Shown here in pieces: positions 11,735-23,673 of a stretch of DNA of 64,000 bases. Each line of letters begins with the position of its first letter. The stretch's first letter is position 1. The DNA lies in the NCBI RefSeq assembly GCF_044704955.1, contig NC_091999.1:46500001-46564000 (forward strand), given 5' to 3'. The notes under the pieces were generated by a model. It was given only the letters and a program-made list of their open reading frames with translations, ran no database searches and was not told where the DNA came from. Position numbers and translations under genes: made by a program. The DNA is from Pristiophorus japonicus. Taxonomy: Eukaryota.

Positions 11735-12269
11735 GAATTCTGCCCAAAATGGCGACCTACCAACTCGTGCTGGCCAGCATCTGTGTCTCGTTATCTGTGA
11801 CTGTGCTACTTCCATCCTCAAACCCAGCATCAAATGGCCATAAAGGGTGACGGTTAGGCTAACACTGATCGTACGCAAGACAATTACTAACCTTCCTCCC
11901 ATTGTAGACCTAACTCGTTAAGCTCAATTTCTAAAAGATAATCAAAAGGTTACTGACGAATTGAGCAAACGAGGGCGTACTCTTCATACTCTGCAAGTTG
12001 CTATGAGTTACAGTGAAGGCACCTTGGTCAGAGTTGCGACAACGATCACTGACCTTACAGTACACCATTGGTGGGACATCTTTTAAGGATGGTCCCCAAA
12101 AACATCCGCCACTTTGAAGCTGTTAATACATCCTATTGTTGTTTTACTCGTCCCGTTATTACTGATATTACTGCTTGTATGTATTCTTTGGTGTAGATTG
12201 CGGGCGTTGCTTGCGCATACACAACATGTAACTGATGCATTACGCCTTCAACTCGATTATAATACTTAG
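11735..12269 (+). pseudogene. env: ERV env remnant (internally deleted; TM anchor retained)
   Basis: Acceptor cttcctcccacag| at 11734, ATG 11749 with a hydrophobic leader; downstream frame reads ...VHHWWDIF*GWSPKTSATLKLLIHPIVVLLVPLLLILLLVCILWCRLR...*. Confidence 0.75.
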
Positions 12270-12293
12270 AATGTCTAAATTTCAAGGGTGGAT

Positions 12294-12829
12294 TGTATTG
12301 TATAGGGTTAATCACATAGGGTTAATTATGATATTCCGACACTTATAGTGTATATTCTGCTTCATGCCTCGTGGAATGTTGTTGATGCAGAGAGAGAGAG
12401 AGAGAGACCTTGATGCACACACCATCTTATTTATGGGACGATAAGCGCCTCGATGCTTCATGCTTTGTGGAAGAACAGCTGGGGCCTTACAGATTAGGAG
12501 TTGGCCATAAGCCACATGCACCCATGGTTTGTTCAATAGTATAAAGGAACGGAACTGTTCAGTAGCTCTTTGAATTTCACCTTGGACCGTGATTCGCGAG
12601 CGGTGCCGGGAGCCCCAAGGCTCCTGACCAGCTGTCGTTGCGGAGTTCCCGACGGGCCGAAGGCTGTGAGCTTTGTTGCATCTTATCATACTTCTCTTTT
12701 CTTCGTAAACTGTATGATGTTTCCTTTCTCTCAGTAAATGGTGTTTTATCTTTACTTCATTTGTCTTGTCTCTTATTTAACATTCATCCAGATCCCGAAC
12801 CTGGATCTATTATTATCAATCCAAACACA
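12294..12829 (+). repeat. ERV 3' LTR
   Basis: TGTATTG...ccaaaca(ca); roughly 90-93% identical to the 5' LTR by eye. Confidence 0.93.
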
Positions 12830-15339
12830 TGCTAGCACAAGTCGTTTACACAGGTTATACAATACAAGCAGCTTGTTGGAGCATAAAATGTTTCTGGCTT
12901 TCTCAAAAGCAATTACTTGTTTTATCCCCCCCATACCCAGTTCTCACTTTTACGCAATAACACATGTAGGGGCTCTAAGAGGGTGCTTAACCCCGATAGG
13001 AAGTTACCAAAATAGTTGAGGAGTCCCAGGAACGACCGCAGCTCCATGACGTTCTGTGGCCTGGGCGCGTTCCTGATAGCCTCTGTCTTGGCGTCTGTGG
13101 GCCGAATGCCGTCCGCCGCGATCTTTCTCCCCAAAAACTCCACTTCTGTTGCCATGAAGACGCATTTCGACCTCTTCAGCTGCAGCCCTACGCGATCCAG
13201 TCGCTGGAGGACCTCCTCCAGGTTTTGTAGGTGCTCGATGGTGTCCCGACCCGTGAACAATATGTCGTCCTGAAAAACCACCGTGCGTGGTACCGACTTG
13301 AGTAGGCTCTCCATGTTTCACTGGTGGATCGCTGCAGCCGATCGAATTCCAAAAGGACATCTGTTGTAGATGAACAGTCCCTTGTGCGTGTTAATGCAGG
13401 TGAGGCACTTCGAAGACTCCTCAAGCTCCTGCGTCATGTATGCCAAAGTCAGGTCGAGCTTGGTGAACGTCTTGCCTCCTGTCTGCGTCACAAATAGGTC
13501 GTCTGCCTTAGGTAGTGAGTATTGGTCCTGTAGCGAGAAATAATTAATAGTTCCTTTCTAATCGCTGCAAATCCTGACCGTGCTATCACTTTTGAGTACT
13601 GGAAAAATCGGGCTGGCCCACTCACTGAATTCCACTGGAGAGATGATGCCCTCACGTTGCAGCCTGTCCAGCCCGATTTCCACTCTCTCCCTCATCATGT
13701 GAGGTACCGCTCGGCCTTGTGGTGAATGGGCCGTGCCTCTCGGACCAAGTGGATAAACACCTTCGCCCCGGAAAAGTTTCCAATGCCTGGCTCAAAAAGG
13801 GAAAGACATTTTTAAGAACCTGGGTACACGAGGCCTGATCGACATGTGATAGCGCTCGGATGTCACCCAGTTCCAGCGGATTTTTCCCAGCCAGCTCCTT
13901 CCAAGCAGTGTGGGGCCATCGCCCAGGACAATCCAGAGTGGCAGTTCGTGCACCATGCCCTCGTTGGTGACCTTGACTATGGCACTGCCCAGGACAGTGA
14001 TGAGCTCTTTGGTGTACGTTCTCAGTTTCGTGTGCATGGGGCTCAGGGTTGGTATGAGTGCCATATTGCACCACAGTCTCTCAAACATCTTTTTACTCAT
14101 GATGGATTGGCTAGCACCAGTGTCCAGTTCCATGGCTATGGGTAAGCCATTGAATTTTACATTTAACAATATAGGTGGACATTTTGTCGAAAATGTGTGC
14201 AGCCCGTGTACTTCAGCATCTGCCTCCTCTCTCTGAGGCTTGAAATTGCTTTGTTCCACCATGGACCGATATTCCTCTGCCACGTGGTGGTCAGCAGGTT
14301 TAGCTGAACTTGCAGATCGTCTGCAAGCTCGTTGGAGGTGCCCCATTGTTCCACAGCTGTTGCAAACATACCCTTTGAACCGGAATGAATAGGCAGAATG
14401 GAAGCCTCCACAATGCCAACAAGGTGTTAATTGCCTTGCGGACTCTGAGTCATCTTGGTCACCTGAGGCTTGCTGGCAGTTGCAGACTCATGGTTTCTGC
14501 CCTGTACATTTCTGCTCGCAAACCCAGTTCCAGTTATGTATGAACATTGCTAGCACTTGTGTGCTGAGAGATTTGTTTGTTGTTATCATTGGTGGACATA
14601 AACGCCTGTGCTATTTCAATGGCATTACTAATGGTCGGTGTCTCTACAGTAAAAAGTTTTCATAGGATGGTCTCTTGGCCAATGGCCAGTAAAAAAAATT
14701 CTCTGAGCATCTGCTCCAGGTAGCCATCAAACTCACATTGTCCTGCAAGTCGCCTTAGCTCGGCGATGTAGCTCGCCACTTTCTGACCTTCAGATGGCTG
14801 GCACGTGTAGAACCGATACCTTGTCATCAGCACAATCTACCTCGGGTTAAGATGCTCCAGAACCAGTGTACACAGCTCCTCATATGACTTGTCTGTGGTT
14901 TCACTGGAGCCAGAAGATCCTTCATGAGGCTGTAGGTCGGTGCCCCGCAGACCGTGAGGAGGACGTTTCTCCTTTTTGCAGTGCTTCCTTCTCCGTCCAG
15001 CTCGTTGGCTACAAAGTACTGGTCTAGCCGTTCGCCATAGGCTTCCCAGTCCCCACTCTCCGAGCTCTGCTCCAGGATGCCTACAGTTTGCTGCATCTTT
15101 GTGTTGGATTCGTATTCTCGTCGCCAGTTATTGTGTTCCAAACACAGATGGGACTGCACACAGGGAGGTGAAAGTAATAGTGACCTCAGTCTTTATTAAG
15201 ACACTCCAGAGTGAGGAACAGACCGTAGGGGCCGGCTTATATACAGTGCTCCCAAGGCATGTTGGGATCCATTGGGATTTCAGGGGATGTGCTCCCTGGT
15301 GGCGAAGCATGGGAGTTCATGCTTTATAGATACACAACA
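12830..15339 (-). mobile_element. Ty3/Gypsy LTR retrotransposon, 5' half only (LTR, PBS, gag, protease, RT, start of RNase H); decayed
   Basis: ~210-bp LTR 15339-15128 (TGTTGTG..., TATA, AATAAA) then PBS TGGCGACGAG (tRNA-Ser-like); Gag DWEAYGERLDQYFVANEL; protease MELDTGAS; RT FQDDI, LRSFLGLLNYF; ends at KRLVLA. Confidence 0.9.
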
Positions 15340-16386
15340 ATCCCCCTCCCCCAATTCGGTCTTCCACACCTCCCACCCAACTCGGGTTCCCTCCCCTCCC
15401 ACACACCACCCCCGGTTTCGGGCTCCCTCCACTCCCGACTCGGACTCCTCCACCCTCCCCTTCCCCCGATTCGGGTTACTCCACCCTCCCCTCCCCCCCG
15501 ACTCTGGCTCCTCCCCTCCGCCCCAACTCGGACTCCTCTCGTTCCCCACAACTCAGGCTCCTCCCCTTCCCCTCCCCCCAAAAAACTCGGGCTCTCCACT
15601 CCTCCCGAAATAACTCGGGCTCTCCCCCTCCCCTCAAACTCGGGCATTCCCCCTCACTCTCCCTCTCCCCCAACTCGGTCTCGCCCCGTTTCCCTCTCCT
15701 CAACTCAAAATCTCAGCCTCCCCCTCTCCCTCAACTCTGGCTCGTCCCCTCCCTCTCTCCCCCAACTCGGGCTCTCCCCCTCCCACTCCCTCTCCCCCAA
15801 CTCGGGCCCCCCTCCCCCTCTCCCCCAACTCAGAATCTCACACTCCCCCTCTGCCTCAACTCGGGCTCTCCCCCTCCCTCTCTCCCCCAACTCGGGCTCT
15901 CCCCCTCCCTCTCTCCCCCAACTCAGGCTCTCCCCCTCCCTCTCTCCCCCGACCACGTCTCTCCCCCTCCCCCTCAATTCGGGCTCTCCCCCTCCCCCTC
16001 AATTCGGGGTCTCCTCCTTCCCCTCTCCCCAACTCGGGCTCTCCCCATCCCCCCGCCCCCAACTCGGGCTCTCCCCCTCTGCGGGCTCTCCCTCTCCACC
16101 CCTCTCCCCTCCCCCAGCTCGGTCTTTCTCCTTTCCTCTCTCCCCCATCTCGGGCTCCCCCAACTCGGGCTCCCCCAACTCGGGCTCTTCCTCTCCCACA
16201 ACCCGGGCTCTCCCCCTCCCCCTCTCTCCCAACGACATCTTTCCCCCTTCCCCAATCCCGGCTCTCCACTTCCCCCTCTCTCCCAACCCCGTCTCCCCCC
16301 CTCCCCCAACCGCGGACTCTCCCCCTCCCCCTCTCTCCCAACATGGGCTCTCCCCCTCCCCCAACTCGGGCTCTCCCCCTCCCCCC
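15340..16386. repeat. Degenerate pyrimidine-rich tandem repeat (CCCCAACTCGGGCTCTCCCCCT core)
   Basis: Direct reading; strong strand asymmetry. Confidence 0.9.
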
Positions 16387-16915
16387 TGAAGGTGCTGACT
16401 CTGGCTGGGTTCAGTTCTACACTCACTGGTTCCCCTCCCCTGAAGTGCTGACACTGGTTGGGTTCAGTTCTACACTCACTGGTTCCCTTCCCCTGAAGGT
16501 ACTGACTCTGGCTGTGTTTAGTTTTACACTCACTGGTTCCCCTCCCCTGAAGTGCTGACACTGGTTGGGTTCAGTTCTACACTCACTGGTTCCCTTCCCC
16601 TGAAGGTACTGACTCTGGCTGGGTTCAGTTCTACACTCACTGTTTCCCCTCCCCTGAAGTGCTGACACTGGTTGGGTTCAGTTCTACACTCACTGGTTCC
16701 CCTCCCCTGAAGTGCTGTCTCTAGCTGGGTTCAGTTCTACACTCACTGGTTCCCCTCCCCTGAAGGTACTGACTCTGGCTGGGTTCAGTTCTACGCTCAC
16801 TGGTTCCCCTCCCCTGAAGTGCTGTCTCTAGCTGGGTTCAGTTCTACACTCACTGGTTCCCCTCCCCTGAAGGTACTGATTCTGGCTGGGTTCAGTTCTA
16901 CACTTCCTGGCTCCC
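16385..16915 (-). repeat. 53-54-bp ZNF-associated minisatellite, ~10 units
   Basis: CTGACTCTGGCTGGGTTCAGTTCTACACTCACTGGTTCCCCTCCCCTGAAGGT. Confidence 0.95.
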
Positions 16916-17139
16916 CACTGTTTGTGAAGTGCTCATGGCACTTTATTAAACACACACAGCAGAAGCACATTAATATGATGGGAGATAACTGACTAATGAG
17001 CAGCCAGCAGCGTGGAGCCTCCTCAGAATACCATTCCTTTACAGCCAGTACTTACAGGAGCTGGGACACGCGAAGTGTTCCATTAATTCACTGATACATT
17101 TGTTCACTAAAAATAGTAATTTCTACTTAAATTACAGAA

Positions 17140-17345
17140 AGTCCCAGACCAGTCCCCATTTCTCCTCCATTTACAGACGTTCCCTGACCAATCCCCATTT
17201 CTCCTCCATTTACAGACGCTCCATGACCAATCCCCATTATTCCTCCATTTACAGACGCTCCCTGACCAGTCCCCATTTCTCCATTTACAGACACTCCCTG
17301 ACCACTCCCCATTTCTCCTACATTGACAGACATTTCCTGACTCGC
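17140..17345 (+). repeat. ~39-bp minisatellite, ~5 units, same family as 47580-47985
   Basis: CCATTTCTCCTCCATTTACAGACGCTCCCTGACC. Confidence 0.9.
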
Positions 17346-17569
17346 TGGAGATTTCCCAGCACTTCCTGGTGGTCCTGGAGTCTGTGTCTGTAACTGGCAG
17401 GTCGTTGTGGAACGGCGGATAATGCAGAGTGTTGTCTCTCAAACTCCAGGAAGAAACGGGATTTTGTGTTATGGCATGAAACAGATGGAACCCTGTGGAG
17501 TGGATCAAACATTGCAGCATTTGGTAGTGAAATGGATTCATTCAGGACAGGCAGCAGGGTTTCAGGAAA

Positions 17570-19410
17570 TCACACAGTGCAGTGAGAAAGGAAATAAATG
17601 TTGTGCAGATGGATTGTCAAAAGGTGTTTGATAAGATGCCGGACAGGAGGCTTGTTGATCAAATTAAGGCTTATAGTATTAAAGGGAGTGGGGCAGCGTA
17701 GAGAGGAATTTGGGTCAAGGGCAGAAAACAGAGAGTGGCGGTTAATGGAGGTTTTTCAGACTGGGGGGATGTAAACAATGGTGTCCCCAGGGTCAGTGTT
17801 GAGACCATTGCTCTGCTTAATATAGAGAAATGATCTGGGCTTGGGTATATGCGGCACATGATCAAAATCTCCAGGGAACGCCAAAAAGGGCCCATGGCCA
17901 ACTGTGAAGAGGACTTTAAGTGCCTTCATTGTCAATACACAGGTTAGTAATTGGGCAGGTAGATGTGAAATGAAATTTAATGCAGAGAAATGTGCTGCGA
18001 TAGATTTCGGGAGGAAGAAAAAGGGAGGCAATATATATTAAATGGTAAAACTTTCAATGGAGTAGAGGAGCAGAGAGATTTAGGGTTGTAAGATTCTAGC
18101 TAATTCCTTATTTTATTGAGGATCGAGAGACGAGTGTTATAACACGAGAACATAAGAAATAGGAGCAGAAGTACGTCATCTGGTTCCTCGAGCCTGCTCC
18201 GCCATTCAATAAGATCATGGCTAATCTGATCCGGGCCTCAACTCCACTTCCCTGCCCGCTCCCCATAACCCTTCACTCCCTTATCGCTCAAAACTCTGTA
18301 TATCTCCACCTTAAATATATTCAATCATTATTATTAGAAACATTAATATTTTAAGAAATATAATTTGAGCAGATTCTCTGTGCTCTACCACATCAGAGTA
18401 AAGATGCAAGTCCCGCGTGTCCACAGTACCTGACACCAGGTCAGCCCACTGGATGGAACCTCGGGTGCCCTGAGCTTGATCTCCGGTGTCTCCAGTCCCC
18501 ACTGCCCCCTTACATCAGTCTCCCCTCACTTTTATACCCTGCACTGATTCACCTCTGACACCGGAGTCTTCTTTGTCTTCTCTGCTGGGTTTGGGCATGA
18601 AGCGAGGAAAAGACAGCTGGAACTTCTTTAATCCGTGATTTACAAGGACACTTTTCCTGGTTCCCAGCAGTTACTTTTCTTCAGTAATATTCTCATTGTC
18701 CCTAAACTCCCCTGCCTGCTATTAGTTGTTATGTTTTATAGTTTCACAATTATAGGTATCAGCATCACGCATTATAATCTAATCTATTGTGTTACTCACT
18801 CTGGTTTAAGCTTACATTGTGGTTACTAACAGACAAACCCTGTTCTTTCCCCTGATCTGATTATAGATTGCAACAGTGGGTTCAGCGAATGGAATGTCTG
18901 ATCAGTGTTGCCATGGTGACCTGTCTGCAGCGAATCGATTGTTTGCGTTTCTAACTCAGCCTAAACTTATCTTTCCCATGATGCATATTTAAGTCGAAGT
19001 CAATGTATTTTAGCCATTTTATGTTGATAAAGTCGTTAAAGAAGCACATGGGGTCCTACGGTTTATAAATAGGGGTGTGCAGTACAAAAGGGCAGAGGTC
19101 ATGTAAACTTGCATAAATCATTGGTTAGGCTACAGTTCGAATATTGTGTCAGGTTTTGGGGAACTTACACCAGGAAGGATGTGGAGGCCATGGAGAGGGT
19201 GCAGAGAGATTCACTGAGATGATACGAGGGAAGAGAGGCTTTAGTTATCAGGGGAGATTGGAGAAACTGGGACTCTTTTCATTAGAACAAAGGGTCATTG
19301 GAGATCTGAGGGAGGTATTCAAAATTTGATCGGTAAATGAGGAAAAACTATTTCCACCAGTCGGTGAGTCAGTAATTCGAGGGCGTCAAATTCAAACCAT
19401 CAACAAAAGG
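17570..19410. mobile_element. Three old CR1 fragments (17570-18110 +, 18146-18325 -, 19030-19410 +) around unique sequence
   Basis: Degenerate RT and C-terminal motifs (RLEKLGLFSLEQR); reverse tail gaacataagaaataggagcag. Confidence 0.7.
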
Positions 19411-19604
19411 CTCAGACCCAGGGTGAGCTATCGAACACACTGTACAACAATGTCCGGGACACTCACTGTCCCTCCGGACCTGTGTCCAGGGGAGGAACTG
19501 ATGGGTTTTCCTTATCTTTGGGTTAAATGATGTTCTCATCGAGGTGATGGATGTCAGTGTTTGGGAATGGGTCATTCGGAGCACCTTGTGTCAGCCTAAT
19601 GCAC

Positions 19605-19890
19605 TTCCAGGGCAGGTACAGCACGGGGTTAGATACAGAGTAAAGCTCCCTCTACACTGTCCCAACAAACACTCCCAGGGCAGGTACAGCTTGGGTTAGA
19701 TACAGAGTAAAGCTTCCTCTACACGGTCCCATCAAAACTCCCAGGGCAGGTACAGTACTGGTTAGATACAGTGCAAAGCTCCCTCTACACTGTCCCATCA
19801 AACACTCACAGGGCAGGTACAGCACGGGTTAGATGCAGAGTAAAGCTCCCTCTACACTGTCCCATCAAACACGCCCAGGGCAGGTACCGC
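19605..19890. repeat. ~65-bp tandem repeat (CCCAGGGCAGGTACAGCACGGGTTAGATACAGAGTAAAGCTCCCTCTACACTGTCCCATCAAACACT), ~4.5 units; a single degenerate unit also at ~3940-4005
   Basis: Direct reading. Confidence 0.9.
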
Positions 19891-19894
19891 ACAG

Positions 19895-20150
19895 GATTGC
19901 TGCACTGTCAGTGTTGCCATCTTTCAGGTGAGTCGTTCAACTGAGGCCCCATCAGCTCTCAACAAATATCACTCAAACAGATTATCTGGCCATTGCTGTT
20001 CATGGCAGCTTGATGTGTGCAAAGCATCTGCTGCATTTCCTATACTACAATAGTGAATGCACTTCAAATGTACTTTGGTGTTGTTGCACTTCATTGGCTG
20101 TAAACATTTTGAGGTCATGTGAGGCGCTGCATAAGGACAGGTCTTTGTTA
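19895..20150 (+). mobile_element. Partial Deu-domain SINE
   Basis: gctgcactgtc..gccatctttcag..agattatctggcc matches the copies at 22470 and 44597. Confidence 0.65.
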
Positions 20151-20384
20151 AATGAAGGAGAAAAGTTCCAAAAAAGGAACAATTAGTAACAGGACAACAA
20201 TTAGACTCCTCTTATATTGGAGAAGTCACGCAATCTACACAGTGTGTGTTGGAACCAAAGCTGATTTATTTGTCAGATATCCAGAACATTAAATCCAGCC
20301 CAGTTACAGGGGAAACACAGCCCGACTGTCAGAATTAACACGATTCAGGCCTGATGTGATTCACAGCAGAATCCAACCCTGCAG

Positions 20385-21335
20385 TCACTTGTGAACTCGC
20401 AGGTGTCTGAGCAGGTTGTATGGGGCAGTGAATCCCTTCCCACAGACGGAGCAGGTGAACGGCCTCTCCCCAGTGTGAACTCGCTGGTGTGTCAGCAGGT
20501 TGTATGGGGCAGTGAATTGCTTCCCACAGATGGAGCAGGTGAACGGCCTCTCCCCAGTGTGAGCGCGTTGGAGTTTCCTCAAATCATTTCTGCTTTTAAA
20601 ACTCTTCTCACAGTCAGAACATTTAAACGGTTTCTTATTGGTGTGAACAAGTTGGTGTGCCAGCAGGTTGGATGAACAAGTGAATCCCTTCCCACACACG
20701 GAGCACATGAATGGCCACTCCCCAGTGTGAGGTGGCTGGTGTGTCAGTTCGCTGGATGAATCACTGAATCCCTTCCCACACATGGAGCAGGTGAACGGCC
20801 TCTCCTCGGTATGTACTCGCTGGTGTCTCAGCAGGTGGGATGGCCAATTGAATCCTTTCCCATACTCTGACCAGGTGAACGGCCTCTCCCCAGTGTGATT
20901 GCGCTTGTGAATTTCCAGCTCAGACGGGTAACTGAATCCCTTCCCACAGTCTCCACATTCCCACGGTTACTCCATGGTGCTGGTATCCTTGTGTCTCTCC
21001 AGATTGGTTGATCAGTTGATGCCTCGCCAACACACAACACGTTTACAGATTCTCTGCGCTGTGAATGGTGCGCTGTTTTTTCAGGCTATGTAACTGGTTA
21101 AAGCTCTTTCCAAAGGCAGTGCACGGGAACACTTTCACTCGTCTGTGTGTGTCTCGGTGCTTTTGAAGTCACACTGATGTTTGAAATATTTGCCCACAGG
21201 CAGAACAGACAAACATTTCTCCTTCCACATTCAAAGGCCGATGATATTCATGTTGCGGTGGATCAAGTGACTCTGTGAGATCTTGGTGATGTTTGGTTCC
21301 AGTTTCTCATCTGCAAATCCTTCCCTTCTAATACC
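20385..21335 (-). pseudogene. C2H2 zinc-finger exon A (7 fingers, some degenerate); family ATG at 20975 followed by GAG TAA
   Basis: Acceptor aaactcctttttcag| at 21336; TGERPF linkers; ORF 20385-20783 from an internal ATG. Confidence 0.88.
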
Positions 21336-21529
21336 CTGAAAAAGGAGTTTACAAAAGTCATCTCTGTAAGGACAGGATATAAATTCAGAACAGTCAATTT
21401 TGGTTTCTGTGGTACACATATTCCTCTCTAGTTTCCCCACAAATGTAAATCCCTAACCCACACACTATCCCTACTCCCCATGCTGAAATCCAAACCCATT
21501 ACATCATCACCAACATTTTTTCCTTCTTG

Positions 21530-21995
21530 CTGAAGGTGCTGACTCTGGCTGGATTCAGTTCTACACTCACTGGTTCCCCTCCCTCTTCTCCGCTGAAAGT
21601 GCTGACACTGGCTGGGTTCAGTTCTACACTGACTGGTTCCCCTCCCTCTCCTCCCCTGAAGGTGCTGACTCTGGCTGGGTTCAGTTCTACACTCACTGGA
21701 TCCCCTCCCTCTCCTCCCCTGAAGGTTCTGACTCTGGCTGGGTTCAGTTCTACACTCACTGGATCCCCTCCCTCTCCTCCCCTGAAGGTGCTGACTCTGG
21801 CTGGGTTCAGTTCTACACTCACTGGATCCCCTCCCTCTCCTCCCCTGAAGGTGCTGACTCTGGTTGGGTTCAGTTCTACACTCACTGGTTCCCCTCCCTC
21901 TCCTCCCCTGAAGGTGCTGACACTGGCTGGGTCAGTTCTACACCCACTGGTTCCCCTCCCTCTCTTCCCCTGAAGGTGCTGGCTCTGGCTGGGTT
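21530..21995 (-). repeat. 63-bp variant of the ZNF-associated minisatellite, ~7 units, ~200 bp upstream of the ZNF-A acceptor
   Basis: 21-aa periodic ORFs 21499-21885 and 21527-21973. Confidence 0.95.
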
Positions 21996-21999
21996 CTAA

Positions 22000-23020
22000 T
22001 TAGGCCACAGCTAGAGTACTGTGTGCAGTTCTGGTCACCACATTACAAGAAAGATGTGATTGCACCACTCAGGTTACAAAGATTTACCAGGATGTTGCCT
22101 GGACTTGAGAATTTTAGCTATGAGGACAGATTGGATAGGCTGGGGTTGTTTTTTTAGGAAAAGAGGACGTGTGGAGAGACCTCATTGAGGTGTATAAAAT
22201 TATGAGGGGCCTAGATAGAGGGGATAGGAAGGACCTATTTCCCTTAGCAGAGGGTCAATACCTGGGGGTGCATAGATTTAAAGTAATTGGTGAAAGGTTT
22301 AGATGGGATTTGAGAAGTTTTTTCACCGAGAGGATGGTGGGAATCTGGAACTCGCTGCCTGAAAGAGTGGTAGAGGCAGAAACCCTCATAACATTTAAAA
22401 GTATTCTGATATGCACTAGAGGGGACTAGATAGAGTGGATAGGAAGGACCTATTTGCCTTAGCAGAGGTGTTAGCTGTGGCTCAGTGTGTCAGAAGGTTG
22501 TGGGTTCAAGTCCCACTCCAGAGACTTGAGCACAAAAAATCTAGGCTGACACGCCAGTGCCACTGCACTGTCGGAGGAGCCATCTTTCGGATGAGGCTTT
22601 AAACCGAAGCCTGGTCAACTCTCTCTCTGGTGGACGTAAAAGATCTCATGGCACTATTTCGAAGAAGAACAGGGAAGCTATCCACGACGTCGTGGCCAAT
22701 ATTTATCCTTTAACCAAAATAACAACAACAATTTATCTGGTCATTATCACATTGCTCTCTGTGGGAGCTTGCTGGGTGCAAATTAGCTGCCGTGTTTCCC
22801 ACATTACAACAGTGACTACACTCCAAAAGTACTTCATTCTCTGTGAATAGCTTTGAGACGTCCGGTGTTCGTGAAAGGCGCTATATAAATGTAAGGCTTT
22901 CTTTTTTGTGCCGTAACCTACAGAGCTACAGACGAAGAGCTGTACAGTGGGATTAGGCTGGAGAGCTCTGTGCCGGCCAGCAGGGACACAATGGGCTAAA
23001 TGACCTCCTTCTGTGCTGTC
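22000..23020 (+). mobile_element. CR1 3' fragment interrupted by a SINE
   Basis: RPQLEYCVQFWSP, RDLIEVYKIMRGLDR, IWNSLPERVVEAE. Confidence 0.85.
22470..22907 (+). mobile_element. tRNA-derived Deu-domain SINE (SacSINE1-like)
   Basis: A box tggctcagtg, B box ggttcaagtcc, central Deu-like core, L2-like tail gaaaggcgctatataaatg plus T-rich end. Confidence 0.8.
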
Positions 23021-23039
23021 AATGTCTGGGATTCGATGA

Positions 23040-23660
23040 TGTCACAGGTCTCACCAGCAGCTGCGCTGCCTGATGGGTGATTGACAGCCGACAGTCTGCG
23101 CATGTGCACCGATAACCATGTCCGGCACAGCACCCCATCTCGGTCGATATCGGTAATAACCGCGCATGCCCAGGGGACACCAACCGCCGCCTCCCCCCCA
23201 CACTCGGAGCTGCGCCTGCTCACTCGGATCCTGTGGTGTGGAGTCAGCACAGCACCTTCCGGGGAAAGGCGTTTGTGTCTGTTAAGAGCCATGAGCGGTG
23301 ATGCAAAGTAAGTTTTCTCCGCTCCGATTGTGTAGGGAATTGCACGGGGGGGATAGGGAGAGAATAGAGGGAGATCCAAACCCGAGAGTCCGCCCATCCG
23401 GGTCCCCGAGAACAGTTTCCACCAGTTTGGCGGAGCGCGCTTGAGGGACACGTGACCCGGGCCTGATTGACAGGAGCTTCCGACCAATGCGGAGCGAGTG
23501 GGGCGGGGCTGGAGAAGCGAGCTGGCGGAGGGTCCTCCAACCAATCGGGGAGCCCGAGAGGCGGGATTTGTGCCGCTGATTGTCTGAGCCGCAGGGCACG
23601 ACCTTGTGCAGTCCCTTGTTCAGGGCCTGGGGCCAGGGGAGGCGATGGGCCTTTATTGTG
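23040..23660. promoter_or_regulatory. CpG island, candidate bidirectional promoter, includes promoter-module copy 2
   Basis: NRF1-like ctgcgcatgtgca (~23096) and cgcgcatgc (23161), CACGTG, CCAAT boxes, GGGGCGGGGC; + strand donor AAA|GTAAGT ~23308, - strand donor G|GTGAGA ~23054. Confidence 0.65.
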
Positions 23661-23673
23661 GGCCCTTTTGGAC

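Larger units (their letters stand above)
6447..12829 (+). mobile_element. Class III (ERV-L/ERV-S-like) endogenous retrovirus, LTR-gag-pro-pol-env remnant-LTR, defective
   Basis: Paired ~530-bp LTRs; PBS-like TGGTGTCATGAACAGGAT at 6981; PPT AAGGGTGGAT before the 3' LTR; Gag EWLTRIWDQG; RT YNSPVW..WRMTVDYRQLN..IDLANAFFSIP..LPQGY..YIDD..GWEINPKKVQGP; AQQSSIVRWKWYI; IN WQVDY/SDNGSHF/GLIERMNGLLK, all recalled as ERV-L-like. Confidence 0.93.

Noticed and set aside
15259-16668. Extensin-like Pro/Ser-rich and Gly/Glu-rich ORFs
   Set aside because: Low-complexity repeat with no domain or splice structure
22470-22530. tRNA gene
   Set aside because: A/B boxes belong to a SINE head with an internal deletion; no complete cloverleaf
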